Positions 12,201 to 24,005 of a stretch of 64,000 nucleotides of DNA are shown piece by piece (position 1 is the first letter of the stretch; each line of letters starts with the position of its first letter). A program made the translations under genes and the position numbers. The stretch covers positions 111,446 to 175,445 of the forward strand of contig QPMI01000206.1 in assembly GCA_004431415.1 (NCBI GenBank), read 5' to 3'. The stretch comes from Cyanophora paradoxa CCMP329. Lineage: Eukaryota > Plantae > Glaucophyta. The notes beneath the pieces are model-generated. The model saw only the letters and a program-made list of their open reading frames with translations, ran no database searches and was not told the origin of the DNA.

Positions 12201-15200
12201 CGTGCACGTCCTCCGAGAGCCCCGAGTCGTGCATCCCCACCGCCTGCCCGGCCAGCGAAGTCAGAATTAGGCGGTTCAGCTGGAAGCTCCGGGCCGCTTC
12301 CAAGGGCGGGCCTGGAGGAAGCGGAGGGGGCCGTAGGCCCAGGAGAAGGACTGGGCGGGGTCCGCCGTCAGCACCCGCCGCGCCGCGTTCGCCACCTGCC
12401 CCCGCCCCGCCCCGTGAGCGAGCGAGCCCGACGGCGGGGCGGGCCGGGGCGCCTTCGCGGGGCGGGAGGGAGGGGCCGGACCTCGACCATCTGCTGGCGG
12501 AGGGGGAGGCACGAGAGCGGGGACGCGGCGACGACGCCGGCGTCAGCGGCGCCCTCCACCGCGTCCGCCGTCGCCGCGCTGCACGGGCCCCGCTGAGGAG
12601 GAGCAGGAGGAGGAAGGGGGCGGAGGCCGATGGGGTCCGACCTGTCGCCGATAAGGACTGAGGTCGTCGACGAGCACGTGAGCCCCGTCGAGCGCTGTCC
12701 GGGCGAAGGAGCGTGAGCTCCGGGCGGGGCGGGGCGGGGCGGGGCGGGGCGGGGCGGGGCGGGGCGGGGCGGGGCGGGGCGGGGCGGACGATGTCGATGT
12801 TCTTGAGGTACTCCGAGGCGCGGTCGATGACGACCTCGAAGCGGGCGACAGCGGCGGCCGCCAGGTCGCGGTACTCCTCCGTGGGGAGGAGCGCCGCCCA
12901 GGGGGCCACGTGGGCGGCGCAGTACTCCTGGGACCAGTGGACGACCTTCGGGTGCATGCTCTTCAGCTCCAGCAGGGCCGAGAGCGGATCCAGCGCCCGC
13001 CGGTTCGCCTGCGCGTCCCGGGCCCCTCCGGAGGCGAAGAGGGGCGGGGCGGGGCGGGGGCCGGGGCGCACCTCGAAGAGCTCGCGGCCGGCGACGATGA
13101 TGCCGACGGGGAAGAGCAGCGCGACGACGAGCGCCACGCCGCTCTTCACGATCAGCTTCCGCAGCGCGAACGCCCGCCGCGTCCTGCGCGGTCGAGCGAG
13201 CGAGGGTCGGGATCGAACGAAGCTCGGGATCGGCCGAACGGAAGAGCGCACTGGACGCTGCGGATGAAGTCGGCCTCCTGCGCCTCGAGCGTGACCGTGT
13301 CCTGCCCGTAGTTCGTGTTCGTGAAGATCCGCGCCTGCGCCGCCGCGCGCCCGTGCGCGCGCGCGCCGAGTCGGCCGCCGCCGGCGTCGCAGCGGGGCGG
13401 GCAGCGCACAGTGATGACGGCCGTGGCGGTCACGTCGGAGCCGCCGGCGGCCGACGACTTGCGCGACTGCGGGCGAATGGGTCGGACGGCGGGTTTGAGG
13501 GGCGCGGCGCGGGGCGGGGCGGGGCGGAGGGCACGTGGACGAGCTCGGCGATGCTGGCGTTGGCGGCGCTCCCGTTCTCCGCCCCGCCCTCCGCCGCCGC
13601 CTCCGCCGCCGCCTCCCGCAGGTTCGCCTTGATAAGCGAGTCCTGCCCCCGCGCCCCGCGCGGCTCGGCCGGCGCCTGGGCGAGCCGAGGCGAGCGGGGG
13701 GGCGCGCGCACCGAGGGCTGCATGGGCTCCTCGGAGCCGTTGATGTTGATCCCGTTGCGGATCTCCTTGATCGTCGACCGCGGGCTGCGCAGCCAGTCAT
13801 GCAATCTGAAGGCGGGGCGGGGCGGGGCGGGGCGGACATCTCGAGGAAGAGGCCGGTGGCGGCGCGGCGCTCGCGGACGATGGCGACGACGGAGAGCGCG
13901 AAGCCGCCCACCGCCGCCGCCACGAACGCCCCGAAGAGCCTGCCCCGGCGCCGGGTCAGCCGGACGGGCCCGGGATCTTCGAGGCCGGGCGGGGGCGGAC
14001 GCGGCGAAGACGGCGGCGAGGACGCCGGGGACGACGGTGAGGAAGCGGCGCGTGTCGCCGAGGAGCGCCTCGTGCAGGCCCTCCCCCGCCCCCTGCACCG
14101 CCTGCGCCCCATTCGACTCTCGCTCAATTCCCGCTGGATTTCGGGGCGCACGAGGAGGTTGTCGAAGACGAAGCGGAAGGCGGTGTCGTTCATCGCCTCG
14201 CGCGCCGTCAGCGGCCGCGAGGGCGGCGCCTCCCGCGGCTGCAGCTCCGGCGCGAACGAGGCCGCCGCCTTGCTCGCCGACTGCGCCCGCGCCCCGCGCG
14301 TGAGCGGAACGGGCGCCGCGGGCCCTCGTCGGGGCGGGGCGGGCCTGGACGGCGCGGCGGAGGTAGAGGTGGATGGCGTCCAGGGAGGAGACGGTGCTCC
14401 TCGTCAGCGGCGGCCGCGCCCGCGCGTCGTACGCCGCCACCTGCCCGGGCCCCCGAGGGCCCCCGGTCGGGCACGGGGCGGAAGGAGATCCGGCGGGGCG
14501 GGGCGGGCACGGTGGTGCGGGAGGAGAACCAGGCGAGGGTGCCCTCCGAATTGGAGGCGAGCTTCCCCGGCGCCATCCTGCCGGCCCCGCCCCGTGAGGG
14601 AGGGCGGGCGGGCGAGGGCGCAGATGCCCGGCCCTCCCCGCTAGCAGCTTCGGCTGTACTTTTAGCGGCCTCTTCTAGACCTTCAGGGCCCTCGTTCAAG
14701 CCCTTTTGGGCGCACAGGACGGCTCTCGGGTCGAAGACGTCCTCGAACATGACGGAGACGTCCTTCTGCAGCCGCCCCACCGCCCGCGCCCGGTCCGCAG
14801 GCCCGTACTGTCCCCCGGAGTGTCGGCGTGGGGGGGAGGGCGGCGGGCGGGCGGACCGACGGCTCGCCGGCAGCGAAGAGGACGCTCCGGGCGCTGAAGG
14901 CGACGCGGACGACCTGCGGGCGGTCGGCGTCGGCGTCGGCGCCGGGATGGGGAGGGCGGGATGGAAACGGGTTACCTGCTCGGGGATGTCCTGCGCCGTG
15001 TCGATGTCCGCGAAGTACTGGTCCTGCCCTGCGCCCGCCCCGCCCCAGAGTCAAGCCCGGGGCCCGGCGCCGGCCCCGCGGTTCGCGAGCGCGCACCGCG
15101 GCCGAGGGCGCGGGCCGTGGCGTAGAAGGCGGCGAAGATCGCGAGGCAGATCGCGACCGCCGCCAGGATCGACCAGCGCACCCGCCGCGCCACGTGCCCG

Positions 15201-16581
15201 CCCTGCCCGGGGACGACGACGAGGAGGCGTCAGAGCTCGAGCGGGGCGCCCGGGGGGGCCGGCGGGGGCGCGCGCGCCTTGTTCATGAGCTGCTGGCGGT
15301 AGTAGCGCCGCGCCACGATGTCGATGATCGTCGAGTTGTCCTGCGAGCGCGCGGGGGGTGCGGGCGTAAGCTGCAGAGCTGGAGGCCCCGCCGAGCTAAG
15401 CCGGGCCCCGCCGGCGCGCCTCCTCGTCGACGGGGAAGCCGAGCTCCTCGACGTGGACACCCCCTCCGGCCCCCGGGCCGACGCCCCCGGCCCGCTCGCC
15501 CCGGTCGCCCCGGTCGGCACCGGCCCCCGCGGCGGCCGGCGGGCGGGCGCTCGCCCGAACCTCTCCGCCCTCTCCCTCCCCCCGCTCCCCCCGCTCCTCC
15601 TGCTGGAAGCTGGAGGCCGCCGCCTCGTTCGAGGGGCGGCGCTCGAGGGGCGCGTTGAGCGGGGCCGAGGCCGAGTGCTGGCCGCCCTGAGCGGGCGCCA
15701 CGGCGATACCCAGCGCCTCGGCTATGCTCAGCGAGCCGCGCCGCTTCATGTTCTGTGGGGGCCCGAGCGCGCCGCCGGGGGAGCGGAGGGTGAGGGCCGG
15801 GGGCAGAAGCGGCACCAACCCCCCGGCCTGCTGTCCAGGCGACCAGGGCACGCCCGGCAGCGTGGGGCTAAGCACCCCGGGAGCCCTGCGGTGCGGCTGG
15901 TCGGTGCGGACGCGGCGGGGGGGCGGGGGGGCGCACGGGAGGAGGTTGCCGGAGCGCGGGGCCGGCATGGCGCGGGGCGCGAGGGGCCCCCCCGGGGGCG
16001 ACCCCTGCGCGCCGACCACCGCGCGGAAGTCCCTCTGCGCTCAGGCGTTCAGAGAGGCTCAATGAGAGGGGGAGGGCGGCCCGGGGGTACCATGTTGATG
16101 GAGGCGCGCATGCGGCGCGAGAAGGACTCGTTCCCCGAGACGCGGGGCAGCACCCCGCCCAGCGCCGCCATCGCCGCCGCCTCGTCCCCCTGCCGCGCCG
16201 GTCGGGAGGAGGGAGAAGGCCGGGGGAGGGGGGTGAAGGCAGGGGGATACGCGCCTCGCCGAAGAACGAGGCGGCTGCGGCGGCGGCGGCAGCGATCTCC
16301 GAGTCGGCGGTGGCGGCGCCGGCGCGGGAGGCGAGGCCGGCGATGCCGCCGGGGTCGGGGCCGGGGCCGGGGCGGCCCGGGTCGAGGTCGGGGCCTCGGG
16401 CGCGCCCCGCTCGGCCTCCGTGTCCGAGTCGGGGGCCAGGGCCGGCACCTGCCCGCCGGTCACTGGGGCGGGGGCGGGGCGCGGGCGGGGGCGGGGCGGG
16501 GCCGCAGGGACGGCACCTTGAATTCGATGGCGGGCGAGACGGCGCGCGCCTCCCCCGCCTCGGGCGTCACCGACCAGCGGC

Positions 16582-16613
<32 letters not shown>

Positions 16614-19600
16614 GGCGGCGGCGGCGCCTGCTGAACCGGGGCCGGGGCCGGGGCCGGGGCCGGGGCCGGGGCCGGGGCCGGGGCCGGGGCGGGGGCGGGG
16701 CGGAGGATGAGGACGAAGGGGAGGTGCGCCCGCCCGCGAGGGCGTCCAGAGAGGCCGACGCGGAGCGGGCCACGGGGGAGGCAGCGAGCGCGAGGCCGGC
16801 CGCTCGGGCCTGGCCGCGCCTGCGCCGGCGCCGACGCCGCTGCCGCTGCTGCCGGCGGCGTCGCGGGCGGGCGGGGGCGGCTCGGAGGCGCCGGCGCGGG
16901 GGCCCCGCATGGACTTGGAGGCGCGCAGGGAGCGGGAGCGGTGGAAGGAGCGCCCCGCGAGCACCTCGGCGATCGTGCGGTGCCCCGCCCGCTGCTGCTG
17001 CTGAAGCTGCTGCGTCGGCGTCGCCGGGGCCGACCCCGGGGCCCCGCCCGGGGCCGGCGACTCGCCCCGCGGGGCCGGATCCCCCGGCACCAGGCTCTCC
17101 CGGCTCGTCGCCGTGCTGCCCAGCGCCTCAGGCGCGCGAGGGAGCACGAGAGGAAGAGCGCGGGGGGGAACCTCAGCACTCCGAAGTTGGCACCGCGCGA
17201 GCTGCGCCGCTTCCGCCGGCGCCGCATCGCTGCGTACGCCGCCGTCGCCGCCTGCGCCTCTGCGCCCGCACCGGCTCGCTCGGAGAGACAAAGGGACCGG
17301 CGGGATTCGAACCCTCGAGCTGCTGCGCCTTCTGGATCATCGCCGCCGCGGACTCGATGTCGAGCGAGAACTCCTGCGCCGAAAGCTCGCCCAAGGGAAA
17401 AAAAGGTCGGGGGGGGTACGCGCCTGAAGGAATGCGGCGTGCGCGCGGGCGGCGCGGGCGCTGGTGGGAAACTGGAACCCCAGCCGCTCGTAGATCTTGC
17501 CTGCGGGGCCGGGTCGGACCGCGGCGCGCGGGATCCCCGGAATGGGCCCCCGCGGGACCCGAACCGGCGGCGTTCTTGCTCTGCTCGATCAGGGCGACAG
17601 CGTCCGGCAGGCGGTCCACCTCCAGATCGTCTGTACCCCGCCCCTCTCAGATCGGCGTACCCCCAAAAGAGAGGGGCGGCGCGCCTTTGAGGAGCATGTT
17701 CCAGAACGCGCGCATGCGGATCCGGGCCCTCTGCTCCTGCATCCTCGCGGCGGCCAGCGACGCCTGCGCACGAAGTTCGAGTGAGGGGCCGAAACCGGAG
17801 CCGCGCGGATTCGACCCCGCACGTAGAGGTCCATGGTCTCCTCCCCCCTCTCGATCGCGTATTCCTTCCGGGCCCGCTCCAGCGAGTAGGCCAGAAAGCG
17901 GGACTCGGGATCCATGCTACCCCTGCGCCCGATCGCCGGGGGCGGCGGCGAAAGGGAAGGGGGGGTACAGGAGCGCACGTGAGGTTCCGGAGCCGCTTGA
18001 GGTACGCGAGGCACAGGGGAACGTTCTCCGAGTAGAGCGCGTACCCCGCCGCCGCGATGAGCACCTGCGCGCCGGGCGACCGTCGTCGGCGGGCCGGGAG
18101 CGCCGGGGCCGGGGCGGAACGGCGTACCCGGGGGCTGCGGGACCACTCCCGCGCGGCGCGCAGGTAGAGCTCCTCGAGGCGCTCCTCCGTGGGGCGGGAG
18201 AAGGGCGCGGCCGGCTGCTCGGGCGCCGCCGCCGGAGTGAGGGGCACCGGCACGACGGTCGCCCCCCGCGTCGTCCGCGGGGTCGGCTCCTGCCGGGCCC
18301 GTTACTTCGCGACGCGCGGGGCCGCGGGGCGCCTGGCGGGGCGGCCGGCGGACCGTCTGCGGGGGTCCGGGGCTGGGGCCGCCGCGTGCCGTCCCGGGCG
18401 CAGACGCCGGCTCCTCGCCCTCCCCTCCCTCGCCCTCCCCCGCATCCTCCGTCGCCTCCTCCTCCCCCTCCTCCTCCTTCTGTGCCCCTGTGAGCGGGAC
18501 GGGGCGAGGAGAAGAGGCGCGCGGGGGTACCACGAGGGAGGCCATGAGCCGCCCCGCGATGACCGCGTCCACGGGGCTGGGGGGGAGCGAGGGGCGTTAG
18601 GGGGGCCGACGCGGGGCGGAGGGGAGGGGGCCTGCAGCGCACCGGGCGAAAGCGGGGGGCGAAGCGGGGCCGGTTGACATCGCCGCCGCGTTGTAGCGGC
18701 GGATGATCCAATCTGCGGTGCGGGGATCGCTCGGGGGCCCCGGACGAGCAGGGGGGCGGGGCGGGGGAGGGACGGACGGCAGCGAAGGCGGCAGAAGGCG
18801 GCGCCGGCGAGGGCGGCGGCGGCGCCGGTGCCGACGAGGACGCCGGCGCCGAGGGCGAGCGGGGCGCGCCCCATCGTTTCGCCGTACACCGCCCGCAGCC
18901 CGATCGACGCGCAGTAGAGCCTGGGGCCCTCTGAGCCCCGGCTCTGCTGGGCGGGGGCGAGGGAGGTACACACGCGGGGACGGCGGCGGCCCAGGCGCAG
19001 TTGAGGGCGTTCTCGAGGGGCACGTGGAAGGGAAGGAAGTAGAGCGCCGGCCACGTGACCAGCCCGAGAGACGCCGTCAGCTGCGCGCGTACCCCCCGGC
19101 TCGCTTCCGGAGGAGAGGGGAGGGCGGACGGGGGGCGCGGGCGCGCCTGGACCGTGCCGCGGATGCCGGGGCTCGCGTCGGCGAAGACTTCGGCGCCCAC
19201 CAGAACCGCCGCGGCAATCGCCAGCAGAAACTCCGGGGTACCTGTTTCGCCTCGATCGATGGGGGGTACGGGGGTACGGGACGGAGGGGGCACCGGTGTG
19301 CTCGGCGGCGAGATTCGTGGAGGAACGGCGGAGGTCGGCCGTCGACCCGCCCACCATGGAAACGATGGCCAGCCACAAGGCCGCCCCTGCCCGGTCTGTG
19401 TCAACCAGCAAAAACGGGTACCCGCAGGCCGCGCCGCGCGCACCCACTATGGCTGCGAAGCCCGCCCAGTCGGGGTGCTGCCAGAAGGTGGGGTACCCCG
19501 GCGGGCGCTCCGGCGAGGTCGCGAGGTACTGGAAGAAGACGAAGAAGACGGGTACGACCACCACGGGCCGGAGGAGCTGCCGCGGGTCGTGAGGTGGAGG

Positions 19601-20203
19601 GGGAGGGGGCGGCGGGAAGATCTCAGAGATGGGTGCACACCACCCCGGATGAGCGGAAGAAGGCGCGCATGCGGAGGAGGCGGAAGAGGGCGACGTGCGC
19701 GTAGGCCACCGCCACCATCCACGCGATGATGCACACGGCGCAAGCGAACTGGGCGGGGTACGCGTGAGCGCCGGCCGGGGGGGGGGGGGGGGGGGGGGGG
19801 AAGGGGGGCGCACGAGGAGCCATACGAAGGGGGCGAGGGGGAAGCTCAGGCCGAAGGGGCGGCCGAGGGAGAGGATGCGGAAGACCGAGTCTCTGGCGGC
19901 GCAGGCCGGGGCGAGGGCGGCGCCGTCGGGCGGGGCCGGGGGCTCGGCGCCGGCGAAGAAGCAGGAGTCGAAGGAGGCGGCGAGGAGGAGGAAGTGGGCG
20001 CGCTGGAGGAGGCGGGAGAGGGCGGCGAGGGCGCGGTACCAGCGCTTCCCCGTCCCGTCGCTGCCCCACGAGGCCGTGTAGAAGAGGGCGTCGAAGAGGA
20101 CGGAGAGGAGGCGCCGCGCGGCGCCCTGCTCGTGCGCCACCACCGAGAGGTCCCCCTCCGAGGTCGAGTCGAGCCCGCCCCGGCTCGCAGGCCGCCCCTC
20201 CAT
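9257..20203 (-). CDS. Large multi-pass membrane protein: TmcB/TmcC-like N-terminal TM and helical region, further TM segments, PAS domain, C-terminal class III adenylate cyclase
   Basis: The C-terminal exons give ERLLRNILP, ATILFSDLVGFT, LFNRFDELV, KVKTIGDAYMV, MRIGVHTG and AYDIWGDAVNLASRMESSG. PAS: SILEAASDAIIV...VQVFNAAAEGLLGW...FFVLFIRDITER (~11030-11630). The N-terminus from ATG 20203 has several hydrophobic segments, then LEELYLRAAREW...RFLAY...RMRAFWNMLL. The cyclase and PAS calls are secure. That the whole 11 kb is one gene is inferred from the shared strand and the lack of an intergenic break. Confidence 0.7.
12722..12787. repeat. (GGGGC)n intronic tandem repeat
   Basis: About 13 consecutive GGGGC units read directly; lies inside an intron of the cyclase gene. 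Confidence 0.9.
16637..16692. repeat. (GGGGCC)n tandem repeat, probably encoding (Pro-Ala)n on the minus strand
   Basis: About 9 GGGGCC units read directly. Confidence 0.85.
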
Positions 20204-21211
20204 CGCTCCCCGCCCCGCGCCCCGCTCGGCACCCGGCCCGGGCTCGGCTAGCGGGGCTCAGCCGGCGCTGCGCATGCAGACCGCCGGCGCCGATCAATGA
20301 GCGTGGGCGACGGGCGCCCCGATGCGCGAGGGCTGGGACCTCTGGCGCGGCCGAACGCGGGCCATGAAGTGAATTGGTCACGCGCGCCGCAGCCGATCAC
20401 TGCGGCGGATCATTGGGCCATGGCTGCGGCGGATCACTCTCCGGCGTTTCAAAGCGAGATTGCGGAGTTGTTCCGCGGTTCGACGAGGGCTGCGCGGCTC
20501 GGATGGCGACAGAGCTGCACGGGCGGCCGAAGGCCCAGCAGCACAGGTCCAGCACAGGGTCACAGGCTCACAGCTAGCAGAGCTTGAAGAATACAAGCTC
20601 AGCTGTCGTGCTTGCGATTGCGTGCCAACTCCGCAATTGCAATTGCAAATCTTGCCGGAAGCTGCGCCCGGAACCTCACTAGGATATCGTCAGCCTTCCA
20701 GATCTAGCTGCAGCTTGCAGTGCCAGTGCCCGCTTGTCACCCAGTCACTGAGTCACGCTGCCGCGGTGCTTGCCTGCACTGGCCCAGTGGTGCCACGGCC
20801 GCGGTGCGCGCCCCTGCAGATCTAAACTTGAAAGCTGCTGCTGCGGGCCCGGGCCGGGGAGCTGCGGCCTGGCCGGGGCTGGCCCGGCTGGCCGGCCGCG
20901 CGCGAACTTCGGAACTTCGGAAGGCCGAGGTCGCCCGGCCACGGCGGCCAGCGCGCCCACCGTGGCACCGTCGCCGAGCCTCGGAGCAACTTGCAGGCTA
21001 CCGTTATTTGCAGAGGTTATATATATAAATAGCATGGATTTAATATTATAAATTAATATGCACATTTATATATAATGCACATATATATGCATGCAGAATA
21101 TACGTATATAGGTATATATATACAGCATAAACATTATAATTATATAATGAATTGTGATCAATTGATCGGAGCGATCCTGGGTACGACGTCCGCGGACCGC
21201 GGCGTTGTCGT

Positions 21212-22145
21212 CCCGTCGTCGCCCCTCTTTCAGCCCGCCGCCGTCGCCTTCGCCGCCTACCACGCCCCGTCGCCCATCTCCGCCACGCCGCCCTCGTCAG
21301 CCGACGTCTCGCCCGGCAGCTCCCGCTCCCACTCGCCCGTCTTCGGCGGCCCGGCGCAGGTCGCCGCCGCCGTGGACGCCGTGATCGAGCGGGCGCACCC
21401 GCTGCTGCAGCTGCTGCGGCCCGGCGCGCCCTCGACGGCCCCCGCCGCCTCGCTCAGCGGCATCCGCGCGCGCGCGGCCATGCGCGAGCTGGCCGGGTTC
21501 CTGGCGGCGGCCTCGGCGCCGACGCTGCCGCTGCGGGGCGCGGCGCCGCTCCTCCGCGCCGCCGCCGACCTGGCCCAGGTCGCCTACACCCTCGCCAAGC
21601 GCTCCACGACGCAGACCCTCGCGCTCCTCTCCGCCGCCCGCCATTCGGCGCGCGAGGCCGCCTCGGCCCTCCGCGCCGGCGCGCTGCCCGTGCTCGAGGC
21701 GGCGGCCGACGCGGCGGGGGCGCGCCTCGCGCCGGTCATCCGCACGGCGGCGCCGGCCGTCGAGGAGCTCGCCGCCGCCATCGAGGCCCGCCAGCGCCAG
21801 GTCCGCCCCGCCCCCGACCCCGCGCCCCGCCTCCGCCCCGGTCCGATCCGCGCTGACGGGCCCGTCCCCGCAGGTCGCGGCGGAGGCGGCGCTGGTGCGG
21901 GCGCTGGTGGGGCCCCACTCGGCGGTCTGCGCGGCGGTGAGCAGCGCGATGGCGGACGCGGTGCTGCCGCCGCTGCGGGCGGCGGCGCGGGAGCCGCTGG
22001 AGGTGACCTTCAGCAGCGCCTTCTTCCGCGTCGCTGGGGCGGCCGCCAGCGAGGCCCTCCCGCACACGGAGGCCGCGCGCGCCCTCTGCGACGCCCTCGA
22101 GGCCGCCCCCGCCGGCGCCCCCGTCGCGTTCTTCCTCGTCTTCCC
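21212..22145 (+). pseudogene. Inverted partial duplicate of the CCCH gene (matches 5933-6853), lacking the zinc fingers and C-terminus
   Basis: Near-identical protein from PSSPLFQP to APVAFFLVFP, with the same intron retained (~21801-21873). It is preceded by AT-rich non-coding DNA with no convincing start and followed by unrelated sequence. Confidence 0.75.
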
Positions 22146-24005
22146 GCCTCGCCCGGCCCCGCCAGCGCCAGGTCCGCTTGCGCCGGCGCCCACCCGCGCG
22201 CCTGCGAGCGTTCCCGTGGCTTCCGGGGCGCGGCGAGGTGGGCGAAAGGGCCGCCGCCCCTCCCTGCCGCCCCTCCCCGCCGCGTGCACGCCGCCACCCG
22301 CCCCGCAGCTCGAGGCGCCGCCCCGGCGCGGTTCGCCCTCTCAGAGTCTCGTAAACAGTCACCGGCAGGCGGCAAGCCCGGGATTCAGGGCCCCCGTCTT
22401 CCCCAAGCCCCAGGCCTAGGGCCCAGGGCCGCAGAGGCCAAAGAACTGAGCTCGCACCCGCCCTCGGGTTGACGGGTTGTCCCGGGGTGCGCAGGAGAGG
22501 CCTGCTGCGCGCCTTCCGAATTCCCTTCTTCCTGCGCCACGGGGCTCCGAGGGGGGGCCTCGGCGCCTGCAGCTGCGGCCGGCCCCGCTCTCTTCGAAGG
22601 CGCCCTTTGCCGCTCCCATCAGATCTGAGGACCGCGAGGGCTCCGGTGCGGCGTTCGGCTTGGAGCTCTCCAGGGCCCCCCCCGGGCGGACCGGGGCTCG
22701 ACATGTGCACGCGTGCGGTCCTTCGAGGCTCTGGCATTGTCCCGGCCCATGCCTAGGCCCTGAGGCCCACAGCCAGGCCTCCGGTCCCGGGGCCCGGCGC
22801 CGCATCCGCAGTTCACGCTCTCTCGGTTTTTTAAGACATTTCAACTTCGTCATTTCTCAGTTTGTGCAATCCAATTGTACATGTAATGATTAATTGATTG
22901 CCATTGGGTCCGGTCCAGTGTGGCCCATGGCCACGGCTCATGATCGTGATTAGCGCGCATATATAGCCGGACTCCGGGAGCGCTAGCGGCTCGTCACGGC
23001 GTCTGCCAACTGCAAAAAAGGCTATAGATCATCGGATGCACGCGCACGTGGCTACAGATGGCTTTAGCTTAGCCATCTTAACCGGAGCGGCTTATATTAC
23101 TACTAAGTGGCAGTGGCACCGTGGCACCGGCTTACTAAGTTATGCTGTACAATTGCTGACAGGCTGAAGCCCTTGAAGCCTTGAAGGTTGCTAGCGCTTG
23201 AATCGCGCGCTGCCGGGGCCGACGCCAGCTCTTAGTAATCAATTGCAATCCGATGATCATGAATGATCTCCCGGGTTCTGTGAATTTGGGATGAAGCTTT
23301 ACAATTGATCATCGGATTGCAGTCTCGAGCTCAGAGTCTGATGCATATGATCATGATTAATCATGCTAATGATTAACACATGTGACTAAGTAACTCAGAG
23401 AAAACAAATTCGATTCCTACGCTGCAATATTAACCGTTGAACGTCTGAGAAGTACTCCGGATCCGCACACTATCATAATATACTTACTGCTTAGTATCGT
23501 AGTATACACAGTAAAAGCTTCAAAAGGCTTGATTCTACGTATACCTGAGTACTAGAGTGCCAGAGCTCGAGAAACAATGCTTTTTCAGTTGCAAATGGAA
23601 TGAGAATCGTTTACATATATGAAGAGCTGGAGTATTAATATAGAGCTCACAGCGCTGCAGCCACACGTTACTCAGAAGGGCATCTAACCTCTTAATTCAG
23701 GACGCTACACTGTGACAAGCTGAAGGCGAAATTATAAGCGCTCAAACATGACCAGTGGCCATCATGCTGCGAAACTCGGAGAAGCCTGAAGAACTTCGGA
23801 AAACGCGCTAGCTCAAGCTTCGAAAGTACCTGTAGGGCGCGGGGAACAACCAATGTACTTATACAGAGCACTCGGAGAGTGCTCCGATCAGAAAGAGGGG
23901 CGAGAGCGAGACGGGCGGGGTCCTCGAGCTCGTGCGAATGGGAGGCGTCGACCGGCACTCGCGCAGGAGGCCGCCCCGGCCGGAGCGCGCGGCGGGCGCC
24001 GAGGG

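Noticed and set aside
16630-16720. Apparent frameshift in the cyclase gene at the (GGGGCC)n tract, suggesting programmed frameshifting
   Set aside because: It falls in G/C homopolymer and repeat sequence, where an assembly indel or an unrecognised intron is more likely.
5228-22866. Possible giant TIR element bounded by CACAAA... (5228) and ...TTTGTG (22866)
   Set aside because: Similarity beyond the first 6 nt is patchy, there is no target-site duplication, and no transposase lies inside.
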